Shown: positions 1-8,152 of the stretch, in pieces
Position numbering within the stretch: position 1 is the first letter of the stretch
Layout: each line of letters opens with the position of its first letter
Assembly: GCA_964479955.1 (NCBI GenBank)
Contig: CAYZNK010000001.1
Coordinates: forward strand, 13,073 to 77,072
Direction: 5' to 3'
Source of the DNA: an uncultured Candidatus Saccharibacteria bacterium
GTDB taxonomy: Bacteria; Patescibacteriota; Minisyncoccia; Minisyncoccales; Staskawiczbacteraceae
DNA length: 64,000 nt
Position numbers and translations under genes: made by a program
Notes under the pieces: generated by a model
Seen by the model: the letters and a program-made list of their open reading frames with translations, nothing else
The model's database searches: none
What the model was told of the DNA's origin: nothing

Positions 1-85
1 GGCTGTGACCTGAAGTATAAAGAACCTTTCTGAAATTATCATTTTCTAAAGTTTCTTTTTCTATGTTTGCATTAAATCCTTTCAT
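1..85 (-). CDS. cupin domain protein, N-terminal fragment (gene runs off the left edge)
   Basis: Minus-strand ATG at 83-85. Translation MKGFNANIEKETLENDNFRKVLYTSGHS looks like the usual N-terminus of small bacterial cupins. Truncated by the window, so absent from the ORF track. Confidence 0.5.
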   Translation of the reverse strand, partial: MKGFNANIEKETLENDNFRKVLYTSGHS

Positions 86-174
86 ATTTTTTTAACTTAA
101 TTATATTCCACAATTTATTCTAACATTTTACTGCAAAAAAACAACCATTTTAGAATGGCTATCTTTTTTTATGT

Positions 175-250
175 TGGGGCGGTCGAGGAGAATCGAACTC
201 CCATCATCGGTGCCACAGACCGATACTTTAACCATTAAGCTACGACCGCC
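175..250 (-). tRNA. tRNA-His (anticodon GUG), CCA encoded
   Basis: Hand-folded cloverleaf. Anticodon stem tcggt/accga with loop ctGTGgc; 8-bp acceptor stem including the His-specific G-1:C73; T-arm GGGAGTTCGATTCTCC; 3' CCA present. Confidence 0.85.
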
Positions 251-729
251 ATAAGTTTTTCCTTTTCGCCGTGATAATGAACTAAATGATGACAATTTTG
301 ACAAAGAAAAACTAAATTTTTAATATTATTATTTTTTCTGTTTTGATCAATGTGGTGGACAGCAATAACCCTTTCGTCTTTTGTGTCGCATAATCTGCAA
401 AAAACCTCTACGCCGTTCTTAATTAAAAAATCTTTATGATGTATATTTTCTCCACCTTTCCAATTGCCATGCTTTGGTCCTCTAAATTCTTGATTTCGCC
501 AAAGCGTCTGACAAGATTTACTGCAAAAAAATTTTCCACTTTTTGAATGCTTTAAATCATTTGGCTGCTTCCATGTTTTTTTACCGCAAATAGCACACTT
601 TATAAATTTTCCTTTTCTATAAGATTTATACTGACATTTACTTGAGCAAAACTTTCCCCAGCCAACTTTTAACCAATGAGGCTTGGCATAAAATTCTTTT
701 TTACAAATTTTACATTTAACTATTGGCAT
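235..729 (-). CDS. HNH endonuclease with repeated CxxC zinc-ribbon motifs
   Basis: 164-aa ORF with several CxxC pairs and a C-terminal HNH core (VHHIDQNRKNNNIKNLVFLCQNCHHLVH). Its last 16 nt overlap tRNA-His. Confidence 0.8.
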   Translation of the reverse strand: MPIVKCKICKKEFYAKPHWLKVGWGKFCSSKCQYKSYRKGKFIKCAICGKKTWKQPNDLKHSKSGKFFCSKSCQTLWRNQEFRGPKHGNWKGGENIHHKDFLIKNGVEVFCRLCDTKDERVIAVHHIDQNRKNNNIKNLVFLCQNCHHLVHYHGEKEKLMAVVA

Positions 730-802
730 ACTTTATTTTATCTTAAAATATAGGTAAAGTAAAGTCACCGTCTTGTGGATATATTTTCTATATTTTATCC
801 TG

Positions 803-874
803 TGCCCCCGGTAGGAATCGGACCTACATCTAGAACTTAGAAGGTTCCTATTCTATCCATTGAACTACGGGGGC
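803..874 (-). tRNA. tRNA-Arg (anticodon UCU)
   Basis: Acceptor gcccccg/cgggggc, anticodon loop ctTCTaa, T-arm GGTCCGATTCC. No encoded CCA. Confidence 0.8.
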
Positions 875-943
875 TTACAATAAAATATTATCACAATTTT
901 TAGTCTTTGACAAGCACAATTTTTTAAGCTATAATTTAAAATG

Positions 944-1017
944 CGGGGCGTCGTATAATGGTAGTACGTGCGCTTTGGGAGCGTACAGCTTGAGTTCGAT
1001 TCTCAACGCCCCGACCA
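944..1017 (+). tRNA. tRNA-Pro (anticodon UGG), CCA encoded
   Basis: Acceptor cggggcg/cgccccg, anticodon loop ttTGGga, T-arm GAGTTCGATTCTC, terminal ACCA. Confidence 0.85.
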
Positions 1018-1055
1018 ATTGAAATTTCAATTTTTCTCTGCTAAAATTTATTTAG

Positions 1056-1129
1056 GCAGGTATCGTATATCGGTATTACCTTAGCTTTCCAAGCTAATGA
1101 GGGGGGTTCGACTCCCCCTACCTGCTCCA
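1056..1129 (+). tRNA. tRNA-Gly (anticodon UCC), CCA encoded
   Basis: Acceptor gcaggta/tacctgc, anticodon stem ttagc/gctaa with loop ttTCCaa, T-arm GGGGGTTCGACTCCCC, discriminator U then CCA. Confidence 0.85.
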
Positions 1130-1133
1130 ACAA

Positions 1134-1160
1134 AATAGCTCAATGACCGTTGAGCTATTT
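1134..1160. terminator. hairpin between tRNA-Gly and the 3' end of the RT gene (possible bidirectional terminator)
   Basis: atagctcaa-tgaccg-ttgagctat inverted repeat, placed right after the tRNA pair and abutting the RT stop codon. Confidence 0.5.
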
Positions 1161-2211
1161 ATTTAATTTTTAGCCAAAACCAAAATTGATTTTTAAGTTC
1201 ATTTATTATTTTATAAGCATTGGCGTGAGATAAAACGCCAAGATAAGACTGCAAAGATTGATTAAGCGCTTGCTCTGTTATTTTTTCCGTTCTAAATTCA
1301 ACAATTCTCTTTTTTAATTTCTTGAACATACGTTTTTTTGTTTTTGTGCGTAAAAGTCGATGGTGTGGCAAAATTATGTATCCAAGAAAATCTATACCTT
1401 GATTAAATTTGCGAATATATACCTTATTGGGGTGTAATCTAAGCCCCAGTTCGTCTGAAAGAAACTCACGAATTTGAGGGATAATATCTTCAAGGTATTT
1501 TTTGTCTCTGGAAACAACGACGAAATCATCGGTGTAGCGTATGTAATTTTTTATCCGCAGTTTCTGTTTGATAAATTGGTCAAACTCGTTTAGATAGATA
1601 TTAGCAAACAATTGGGAGGTAAGATTACCAATAGGCAATCCTTTCTTGAAAAAAATGTTTGAATATTGTGAAGAAAAACTCCCGATAATTTTTTCTAAAA
1701 GCCAGATGGCATTTTTATCTTTTATTCTTTTGCGGAGGATACTTAATAATTTTGAATGGTCGACAGTTTCAAAGAATTTTTTAATATCGCATTTGAGGAC
1801 AAAGCACAGTTTAAATCCATTCTGACTAAGTTGTCTTATTGTCTTGTCTAAAATATCAATTCCCCTATGAGTTCCTTTTTCTATTCGGCAGGACATGGAA
1901 TTTGGTATAAATATCAATTCAAATATAGGGTTAAGCACATTAGAAATGGCGTGATGCAGTATACGATCTCGGACTAGAGCTTTATGTATGCGTCGTTGTT
2001 TTGGATCGCGTATATAAAAAGAAACATACGATCCGTGTTTATATGTTTTGCTTGTCAAATCTCTGTGTAGTTGAAAAATATTTTTCTCCAATTTCCATTC
2101 AAATTGTTGCACATCCTGTTTTTTCTGTTTGTCTGATTTGAATTTGTCCCATGCTAAAAAAAGATTTTCTAGTGAAATAATTTTGTTAAAAATATCTTTA
2201 TAAATCTTCAT
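1159..2211 (-). CDS. DGR-type reverse transcriptase
   Basis: 350-aa ORF with RT motifs. LPIGNLTSQLFANIYL carries the IGxxxSQ signature typical of DGR RTs (group II intron RTs have QGxxxSP instead). The catalytic YxDD box is YIRYTDDFVVV. A TR/VR pair lies nearby. Confidence 0.85.
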   Translation of the reverse strand: MKIYKDIFNKIISLENLFLAWDKFKSDKQKKQDVQQFEWKLEKNIFQLHRDLTSKTYKHGSYVSFYIRDPKQRRIHKALVRDRILHHAISNVLNPIFELIFIPNSMSCRIEKGTHRGIDILDKTIRQLSQNGFKLCFVLKCDIKKFFETVDHSKLLSILRKRIKDKNAIWLLEKIIGSFSSQYSNIFFKKGLPIGNLTSQLFANIYLNEFDQFIKQKLRIKNYIRYTDDFVVVSRDKKYLEDIIPQIREFLSDELGLRLHPNKVYIRKFNQGIDFLGYIILPHHRLLRTKTKKRMFKKLKKRIVEFRTEKITEQALNQSLQSYLGVLSHANAYKIINELKNQFWFWLKIK

Positions 2212-2215
2212 TTTT

Positions 2216-2566
2216 ATGGATGAGTTTGATATACCAATTTTTAAGAAAACCTACGAACTTTACAAGCGGCTCTACGGTTTTCGCAATGCAGTTTCTAAAC
2301 AAGACCGCTATACAATTTGGCAACGATGTGAAACTATGATGCTGGATGTGTTAGAGGGCATCCTTTTAGCAAGTCAGTCATCAAAGTACGATAAACTTCC
2401 TGTATTGGAAAGGGTAAGCCAAAAGCTCAATTTTTTGAGAGTTTTCATACGGCTTATGAAGGAGGTAAAAGCCATTGATAACAAAAAATATGTTCTGCTT
2501 CAGCAGGACATTGATGAAATCGGCAAAATGCTTGGCGGGTGGATTAAATCTGCAAAGGAACGATAA
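2216..2566 (+). CDS. avd: four-helix-bundle protein (23S rRNA IVS protein family), Avd-like DGR accessory candidate
   Basis: 116-aa ORF (MDEFDIPIFKKTYELYKRLYGFRN...) with the typical length and helical pattern of the family that includes bAvd. It lies between RT and TR but on the opposite strand. Confidence 0.7.
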   Translation: MDEFDIPIFKKTYELYKRLYGFRNAVSKQDRYTIWQRCETMMLDVLEGILLASQSSKYDKLPVLERVSQKLNFLRVFIRLMKEVKAIDNKKYVLLQQDIDEIGKMLGGWIKSAKER

Positions 2567-2573
2567 GAAAAAA

Positions 2574-2598
2574 GCTCTCCCAGAGGGAGGGCTTTTTT
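2574..2598. terminator. bidirectional rho-independent terminator-like hairpin between avd-like gene and TR
   Basis: gctctccc / gggagggc stem (7-8 bp, one G.U) flanked by an A-run upstream and TTTTTT downstream. Confidence 0.55.
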
Positions 2599-2611
2599 GA
2601 TGAGGTAGAAG

Positions 2612-2730
2612 TTCCGAGCGGCGGCAACGCCCAAGTTGTCGTTGCGGTTGTCATCCCAGTTGTTGTTGACGTTGAGACCCTTCGCATCGAAGTTGCCGAC
2701 GTTGACACGGTTGCCGTCCGAGTTAACGCT
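2612..2730 (-). repeat. DGR template repeat (TR)
   Basis: 119 bp aligning without gaps to 3093-3211 at an offset of 481. By hand alignment 18 of 19 mismatches sit at plus-strand T, which is A in the minus-strand sense of the TR. The minus-strand reading is Asn/AAC-rich (NVNNNWDDNRNDN). Confidence 0.85.
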
Positions 2731-3011
2731 ATTTGCCAACTTTCGTCTGTTTCACTGGAAATTGAGATTTACTGCCCATAAGAGCTTATATCCTCTTTTT
2801 CCTGTATTTTATTCGGGAGCAGGGCGTTAGCCCATCTCCGCTAAAAGTCGGCAAGAAGTTCTATCTCAATCTTTTATCGCACGCTACCGTTATCCGTGAA
2901 CAACGATACTCTGGCGATGTCTCAAAAGATGAGACGCCTGCGAGGCGAAGCCTTGACCGCACCTGCATTAGCAGACAATTATATTTTACAAAATTTTTAA
3001 GAAAAGAAAAA

Positions 3012-3044
3012 GAGCCTCCAGCGAAAAATTTTCGCCGAAGGCTC
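3012..3044 (-). terminator. hairpin and T-tract downstream of the VR / target-gene stop
   Basis: Nested inverted repeat gagcct..gcgaaaa/ttttcgc..aggctc, followed on the minus strand by tcttttctttt. It lies about 40 nt past the target stop codon. Confidence 0.55.
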
Positions 3045-3082
3045 AAGGGTTCAAGAGGAACAAGCCCTCAAGACTTCAAGGT

Positions 3083-3877
3083 TCAGTCGAACTTCCGAGC
3101 GGCGGCAACGCCCAAGAAGTAGTGGCGGTAGCCATCCCAGCTGAGGCTGACGAAGAGACCCCCCGCATCGAAGCTGCCGACGTGGACACGGTGGCCGCCC
3201 GAGTAAACGCTCGACGTGCGAACGTAGAGCTTCTCGAACAGCCGCTCGCCAGTGTTGAGGTGATACCCGATGATGGTATAGACCATCACTTGGGCGGTCG
3301 GCGTTTCGTCGTCCTTACCCAGCAGTGCCTGCTGTTCCTGCCAGTTCTTACTGGTGGAGTCGGAGACTTCTGTCTTGCGGACGAGTTGCCAGCAGGTTTC
3401 GCCTTTCTCTGCGGCGAAGGACTGTTTGTCATACCAGTCCTGCTGGTAGAACAAGCCCTGCACCTTCTCCCGAATCTCCAAGATGGAGAGCGGGAACACG
3501 GCGACGAGCACGTGGGTGTCCTTGCACTGTAAGAGCACTTCCTCTGAAAACGGAACTTCCGACAGAGCGGCGAACTGACTGCGGGTCGGGTTGACGCCGA
3601 AGTGCTTAATGGCTTCCTCAACGCCAAAGAAGTCCTTGCCCATAATCTCACGGACACGCTTCTGGGAGGCGGTCGAGGGCTCGAAGCCATTGTTCGTCCA
3701 AAAGCGGACGAGGCGGGCACGCATCTCCTTGTCATCGATGGGCATTTGAAGAGCCGTATCGATGGGAAGACCAGCTTGCCGCATCACTCGCACGAACGTG
3801 GCGAGCTGTCCCAGTTGTTTCTCGAACTGAACACCATCTTCCACTACTGACGCTTGGTTCGCGGTGGAGTCTACCAT
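3083..3877 (-). CDS. DGR target protein with C-terminal variable region (C-type-lectin/FGE-like fold presumed)
   Basis: 264-aa ORF. VR codons occupy the last ~40 residues (...SSVYSGGHRVHVGSFDAGGLFVSLSWDGYRHYFLGVAAARKFD). SD-like GAAAGGA lies upstream of the ATG. GC-rich, with shadow ORFs in other frames. Confidence 0.8.
   Translation of the reverse strand: MVDSTANQASVVEDGVQFEKQLGQLATFVRVMRQAGLPIDTALQMPIDDKEMRARLVRFWTNNGFEPSTASQKRVREIMGKDFFGVEEAIKHFGVNPTRSQFAALSEVPFSEEVLLQCKDTHVLVAVFPLSILEIREKVQGLFYQQDWYDKQSFAAEKGETCWQLVRKTEVSDSTSKNWQEQQALLGKDDETPTAQVMVYTIIGYHLNTGERLFEKLYVRTSSVYSGGHRVHVGSFDAGGLFVSLSWDGYRHYFLGVAAARKFD
3093..3211 (-). repeat. DGR variable repeat (VR) inside the 3' end of the target gene
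   Basis: Partner of the TR. The invariant GC-rich end (cttgggcgttgccgccgctcggaa on the minus strand) sits next to the stop codon, as expected for an IMH region. Confidence 0.85.
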
Positions 3878-4056
3878 CGCACACCATCCTTTCTTTTATG
3901 CCAGAACCCGTCTGGCAACGGTCTGTCTCGGAATGAGACGAGCGGTTTACCTCGTTTTACGGGGCAAAACGCTCATCTCACTTAACTTAATCATAGATTT
4001 TAAGGTGCTTTCAATATAAATATATTATATCACCTTATAAATTATATGTCAAGACA

Positions 4057-5589
4057 CTACCTGGCGTATTCAACAACTCTTGTTTCTCTCATAACGGTAA
4101 CTTTAATTTCTCCCGGATATTTTAATTCGTCTTCAATTTTTTCAGCAATTTGCTTTGCGATTTTATGCGCACCCAAGTCATCAATTTTATCTGACTTTAC
4201 AAAAACGCGGATTTCTCTGCCTGCCTGTATTGCATATGTTTTTTCAACGCCTTCAAATTTATTCGCTATATCTTCCAAGTCTTTTAATCTTTGCAGATAA
4301 TTTTCAAGCGTGTCTTTTCTGGCTCCGGGCCTTGAGCTTGAAATTGCATCTGCTGTTTTTATTATAACAGCCTCAATACTTTCTGCGGGATAGTCATCAT
4401 GGTGGGATTTCATTGCTTTTATAACAGTCTCAGACTCCCCAAATTTTTCTAAAATTTTAATTCCAATTTCAATGTGCGAACCCTGAACTTGCTGGTCAAT
4501 GGCTTTGCCAATATCATGCAAAAGCCCGGCTCTTTTTGCAACCTGGCTGTTAGCCTTTAATTCTTCTGCAATTGTTTCAGATATCAAAGCAACTTCCATT
4601 GAATGCAATAAAACATTCTGACCATAGCTTGTTCTGTAAAACAGCCTTCCCAAAATCTGGATTAACTTTTCATTCAGACCAATCACTCCTGTATCATAAG
4701 CCGCTTTATCTCCGGCTTCTTTTATTTTTTGGGCAATTTCTGATTTTGCCTCTTCAACTTTTTCCTCTATTTTTGCAGGTTGTATCCTTCCGTCCTGAAT
4801 AAGCTTATCTAAAGCAACTTTTGCGATTTGCCTGCGAATAGGATTAAATCCTGAAATTACAACTGACTCCGGAATCTCGTCAACTATTAACTCAACACCA
4901 GTAAGCTTTTCAAAAGTCCTTATATTTCTTCCTTCTTTTCCAATTATTTTTCCTTTTAACTCCTCGTTTTGCAACAGAACTGTTGTTGTGGTCAGCTCCT
5001 GAGTCTGGGAAACAGCGCATTTTTGGATTGCTAAAGCAACAATTTCCTTTGCTCTGTTTTGCAATTTTTCCTGATTTTTTTCCTCCAATTTTCTCATTTT
5101 TTCTAAAATGTCTTTTTCGTTTTCAATTTCAACCAAGGCAAGCAGTTCTTTTTTAGCGTCTTCTCTTGAGAGGCTTGCAACCTTTTCCAGTTTCGTTTCA
5201 GCTTCGTCTCTTAATTTTTCCAAGTCTTCTTTTATGTCTTTTAATTTCTCTCCTTTTTCCTGAAGCTCTTTTTCTTTTTCTTCAAAAGAAGCTATTCTTG
5301 AATTTAAAAGGCTCTCCCTGTTTAGCAATAATTGCTGGGCTTTTAAAAACTCTCTTCTCCTTTCATCAACTTCTTTTTGCGCCTTGTCTATTATTTCAGC
5401 TGCTTTTTGCTCGGCTTTTTTGACCAAAGAAGCTGTCTCTTCTTTGACGTCAATTACTCTTTTTTGCAGTTTTGCCTCCAATGTGCCTGCTCTTTTTTTG
5501 GCTATGCTTTGGCGGGTATAATACCCCAAAACAGACCCAAAAATCAAAGATACGGCAGTGATTACAGACAATAATATTATTTGGTCCAT
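4057..5589 (-). CDS. rny: ribonuclease Y
   Basis: 510 aa with an N-terminal TM helix, a long coiled coil, a KH domain (GKEGRNIRTFEKLTGVELIVDE) and an HD domain (LLHDIGKA). Confidence 0.9.
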   Translation of the reverse strand: MDQIILLSVITAVSLIFGSVLGYYTRQSIAKKRAGTLEAKLQKRVIDVKEETASLVKKAEQKAAEIIDKAQKEVDERRREFLKAQQLLLNRESLLNSRIASFEEKEKELQEKGEKLKDIKEDLEKLRDEAETKLEKVASLSREDAKKELLALVEIENEKDILEKMRKLEEKNQEKLQNRAKEIVALAIQKCAVSQTQELTTTTVLLQNEELKGKIIGKEGRNIRTFEKLTGVELIVDEIPESVVISGFNPIRRQIAKVALDKLIQDGRIQPAKIEEKVEEAKSEIAQKIKEAGDKAAYDTGVIGLNEKLIQILGRLFYRTSYGQNVLLHSMEVALISETIAEELKANSQVAKRAGLLHDIGKAIDQQVQGSHIEIGIKILEKFGESETVIKAMKSHHDDYPAESIEAVIIKTADAISSSRPGARKDTLENYLQRLKDLEDIANKFEGVEKTYAIQAGREIRVFVKSDKIDDLGAHKIAKQIAEKIEDELKYPGEIKVTVMRETRVVEYAR

Positions 5590-5677
5590 ATTTTTAACTT
5601 TAATTTAATTTTTAATAAAATAAGCTCACCTGACGTGGTGAGCCGCATAACGAATATTTTCAATTTTACAATCCGGA

Positions 5678-6259
5678 TTATTTTTTCCCTATTACCTCGT
5701 CAATAAGGCCGTATTCTTTGGCCTCATCTGCTGTCAGATAAAAATCCCTGTCAGTGTCCTTTTCCACCTTATCTAATGGCTGTCCTGTATGAGAAGATAT
5801 TATTTCATTCAGCTTGCCTTTCATTTTAATAATCTGCTTTGCTGTAATTTCAATATCGGTTGCCTGGCCCTGGGCGCCTCCGGCAACCTGGTGCAATAAT
5901 ATTTCAGCATTGGGCAAAGAAAACCTTTTTCCCTTTGTTCCCGCAGCCAAAATTACCGCAGCCATTGAAGCTGTAAGCCCTATGCAGATGGTTGATACCG
6001 GGCATTTTAGAAATTGCATTGTATCATAAATTGCCAGTCCTGCTGTGACCGATCCTCCCGGGCTGTTTATATAAAGCTTGATATCTTTTTTGGGGTCTTT
6101 TGAGGCCAAATATAACATCTGGGCAATCACCACGTCTGCGTTTATATCATTTATTGGACCTGCCAAAAAAATAATGCGCTCTTCTAAAAGCCTTGAAAAT
6201 ATATCGTATGCGCGCTCTCCGCGCTGTGATTTTTCTACAATAGTTGGTACTATTGGCAC
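5678..6259 (-). CDS. clpP: ATP-dependent Clp protease proteolytic subunit
   Basis: 193 aa with full-length ClpP pattern ([18 protein letters not shown]..., [11 protein letters not shown] active-site Ser context). Sits downstream of tig. Confidence 0.92.
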   Translation of the reverse strand: MPIVPTIVEKSQRGERAYDIFSRLLEERIIFLAGPINDINADVVIAQMLYLASKDPKKDIKLYINSPGGSVTAGLAIYDTMQFLKCPVSTICIGLTASMAAVILAAGTKGKRFSLPNAEILLHQVAGGAQGQATDIEITAKQIIKMKGKLNEIISSHTGQPLDKVEKDTDRDFYLTADEAKEYGLIDEVIGKK

Positions 6260-6339
6260 GTTAATAAATTTTAATTTTTAATTTAAAATTTTCAGCTAAT
6301 TTAAAAAATCTGCTTTAAATTATAAACTCTAAATTAATT

Positions 6340-7650
6340 TTAATGAGATAAATTTTCCAACAACTGAAAAATTTTCTCGTTCATTAGTACATCTTTAGTA
6401 TACTCTCGAAATTGATTTATGTCAAACTTGCTTTTGTCCTGACCATGGTATCCTGAAAGAGCTTTTTCAATCTCATCTGTAACTTCTTTTTCGGAAACTT
6501 CAACATTTTCTTTTTTCCCAATTTCCTTTAAAACTAAAAACTTTTTTATTCTTTTTTCGGCTTCTTTTTTAAAACTTTCTTTTAACTGATCTTCTGTTTG
6601 CTTGGTTGTTGCCAAATACTGCTCAAAAGTGATTTTCATATTCTGGCTTACCCTGGTTTTTAAATCTTTCATTAGGTTTTCCTGCTCATAAGATACCACT
6701 GAATCTGGCAATTCAATGCTGACTTTTTCAATAATTTTTTCTAAAATTTCATCTCTGTGTTTTTGTTTTTCGGCTTCTTTTTTTTCTGATTCAATTCCGG
6801 TCTTTATACTGTCCTTTAATCCGTCCAAAGTATCAAAAGACAATACAGACTCCTTGCCCTGATTTATTGCTTTTATCTCTCCGCTGACTTCTTTTGCAAA
6901 CTGGTCATTGATTTCAGGAATTTCCATTTTAAAAACGGCTTTCAGTTTTACCTTAAACTCCATTTCTTTGCCAATCAAATCTTTGTTTGCAAAATCCTTA
7001 TCAACGGCTACTTTAAAAGTTTTTTCTTCCGCCTCTTTCATTCCTTCTATATTTTCCTCAAAGCCTTTCATAAATCCGCTCTCGCCCAAAACAAACTTAT
7101 CTTCAAATTCTTTGTTGTCTGAAAGGTCTTTGCTTTGATAAACAATATCCACAAAATCTTTTTTTTCTGCTGGGTCTTTTTTAGGAGTAAACTTTGCCCT
7201 GGATTTTTGCAAATAATTTAATGTGTCCTGCATTTCCTGGTCTGAAACAGAAACTTCATTTTTCTTTACCTTTGAGGCAATTCCTTTGTAATCTGGCAAA
7301 ACAACTTCTGGCAACAAAGTAATTATTGCCTTAAAAACAAACTCGCTTCCTTTTGCTATTTTAACAATTGAAACCTCGGGGTTTCCAACGGGCTCTAACT
7401 TGTTTTCTGAAATATAATCAAAATAAACATGCTTTACTGCATGGTCGCCAGCTTCCATAAGCAAGGCTTCTGGCTTTAATTTGTCTTCAACCATTGAAGC
7501 AGGGGCTTTTCCCTCTCTAAATCCGTCAACTTTTACATGGTGCTTTAAGTGCTCCAAAGCATGCGAAAAATGCTCCTTGAACTCGTCTGCTGTTAATTCA
7601 AAAGTTATTTCAATTTGAGACTTTTCCAATTTTTTTTGTTCTACCTTCAT
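6340..7650 (-). CDS. tig: trigger factor
   Basis: 436 aa with N-terminus MKVEQKKLEKSQIEITFELTADEF typical of trigger factor. Conserved tig-clpP order. Confidence 0.85.
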   Translation of the reverse strand: MKVEQKKLEKSQIEITFELTADEFKEHFSHALEHLKHHVKVDGFREGKAPASMVEDKLKPEALLMEAGDHAVKHVYFDYISENKLEPVGNPEVSIVKIAKGSEFVFKAIITLLPEVVLPDYKGIASKVKKNEVSVSDQEMQDTLNYLQKSRAKFTPKKDPAEKKDFVDIVYQSKDLSDNKEFEDKFVLGESGFMKGFEENIEGMKEAEEKTFKVAVDKDFANKDLIGKEMEFKVKLKAVFKMEIPEINDQFAKEVSGEIKAINQGKESVLSFDTLDGLKDSIKTGIESEKKEAEKQKHRDEILEKIIEKVSIELPDSVVSYEQENLMKDLKTRVSQNMKITFEQYLATTKQTEDQLKESFKKEAEKRIKKFLVLKEIGKKENVEVSEKEVTDEIEKALSGYHGQDKSKFDINQFREYTKDVLMNEKIFQLLENLSH

Positions 7651-7760
7651 CTATTTACAAGTTTTAATAATAAAAATTCTTGAATATAATTGCTTACTTT
7701 AACACTTTTTTTGATTCTTTTCAACCGAAAACCGCCTCTCGGCGGCTAGCAATTTGCTTT

Positions 7761-8150
7761 TTAACTTTTAAAATATTGTATCAAGTCATCCATATCTTCG
7801 GCGATATAATCAAAAAACGCTTTTCCCCAATCAGAAAATTCCCTGGTTTCTTCCACCTTTAGACCAACTAACTTTTTACCCAAAGCTTTTGCGTATCCTG
7901 CTTCAAGATAAACTCCGCGCGTATCAGATAAAGCAACAATCATTCCTTCGCAATTTCTTATTACCTCCAATTCTTTTTCTAGCAGGTCTTTCCCAGACAA
8001 GGTCTGGTCAGCATCACGATAGGGAAGGAAAACTTCAATTCCGCACCCCTCAAGATGTTTGCATAAACTTTCGTTTCTCTGAAGTTTTTTAAAATCCAGT
8101 GTATTTTCTTTTACGTTTGTTGCCACATGTGGCGTTGCAAAATAATACAT
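7761..8150 (-). CDS. nucleoside 2-deoxyribosyltransferase-like (SLOG/NDT superfamily) protein
   Basis: 129 aa. VFLPYRDADQ ... GVYLEAGYAKALGKKLVGL matches the D..G...E.GyA.alGk core of the family. Confidence 0.55.
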   Translation of the reverse strand: MYYFATPHVATNVKENTLDFKKLQRNESLCKHLEGCGIEVFLPYRDADQTLSGKDLLEKELEVIRNCEGMIVALSDTRGVYLEAGYAKALGKKLVGLKVEETREFSDWGKAFFDYIAEDMDDLIQYFKS

Positions 8151-8152
8151 AT

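Larger units (their letters stand above)
1159..3877 (-). mobile_element. diversity-generating retroelement (DGR) cassette: target gene with VR, TR, inverted avd-like gene, RT
   Basis: Combination of the component features listed separately: RT with the DGR hallmark motif, a four-helix-bundle Avd-like gene, and a TR/VR repeat pair with A-specific mismatches. Confidence 0.85.

Noticed and set aside
2500-2739. 79-aa minus-strand ORF (MANSVNSDGNRVNVGNFDAKGLNVNNNWDDNRNDN...)
   Set aside because: This is the template repeat read in the VR frame. It then runs through the terminator hairpin and antisense into avd. It is a TR, not a protein-coding gene.
2830-3010. Possible structured ncRNA between TR and target (short hairpins gtctc..gagac and cgcct..aggcg; a similar gtctc..gagac hairpin at about 3925-3945)
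   Set aside because: These are only short, simple hairpins with no recognisable family motif. They are more economically explained as part of the DGR transcript or its promoter region, and I cannot support a separate RNA gene.
3122-3850. Several 80-150-aa ORFs on both strands inside the DGR target gene (3122-3532+, 3286-3735-, 3325-3594+, 3602-3850+)
   Set aside because: They are all alternative frames of a GC-rich gene, with Arg/Pro/Ala-rich low-complexity translations. The 3083-3877 frame is the one that carries the VR in register with the TR and has an SD.
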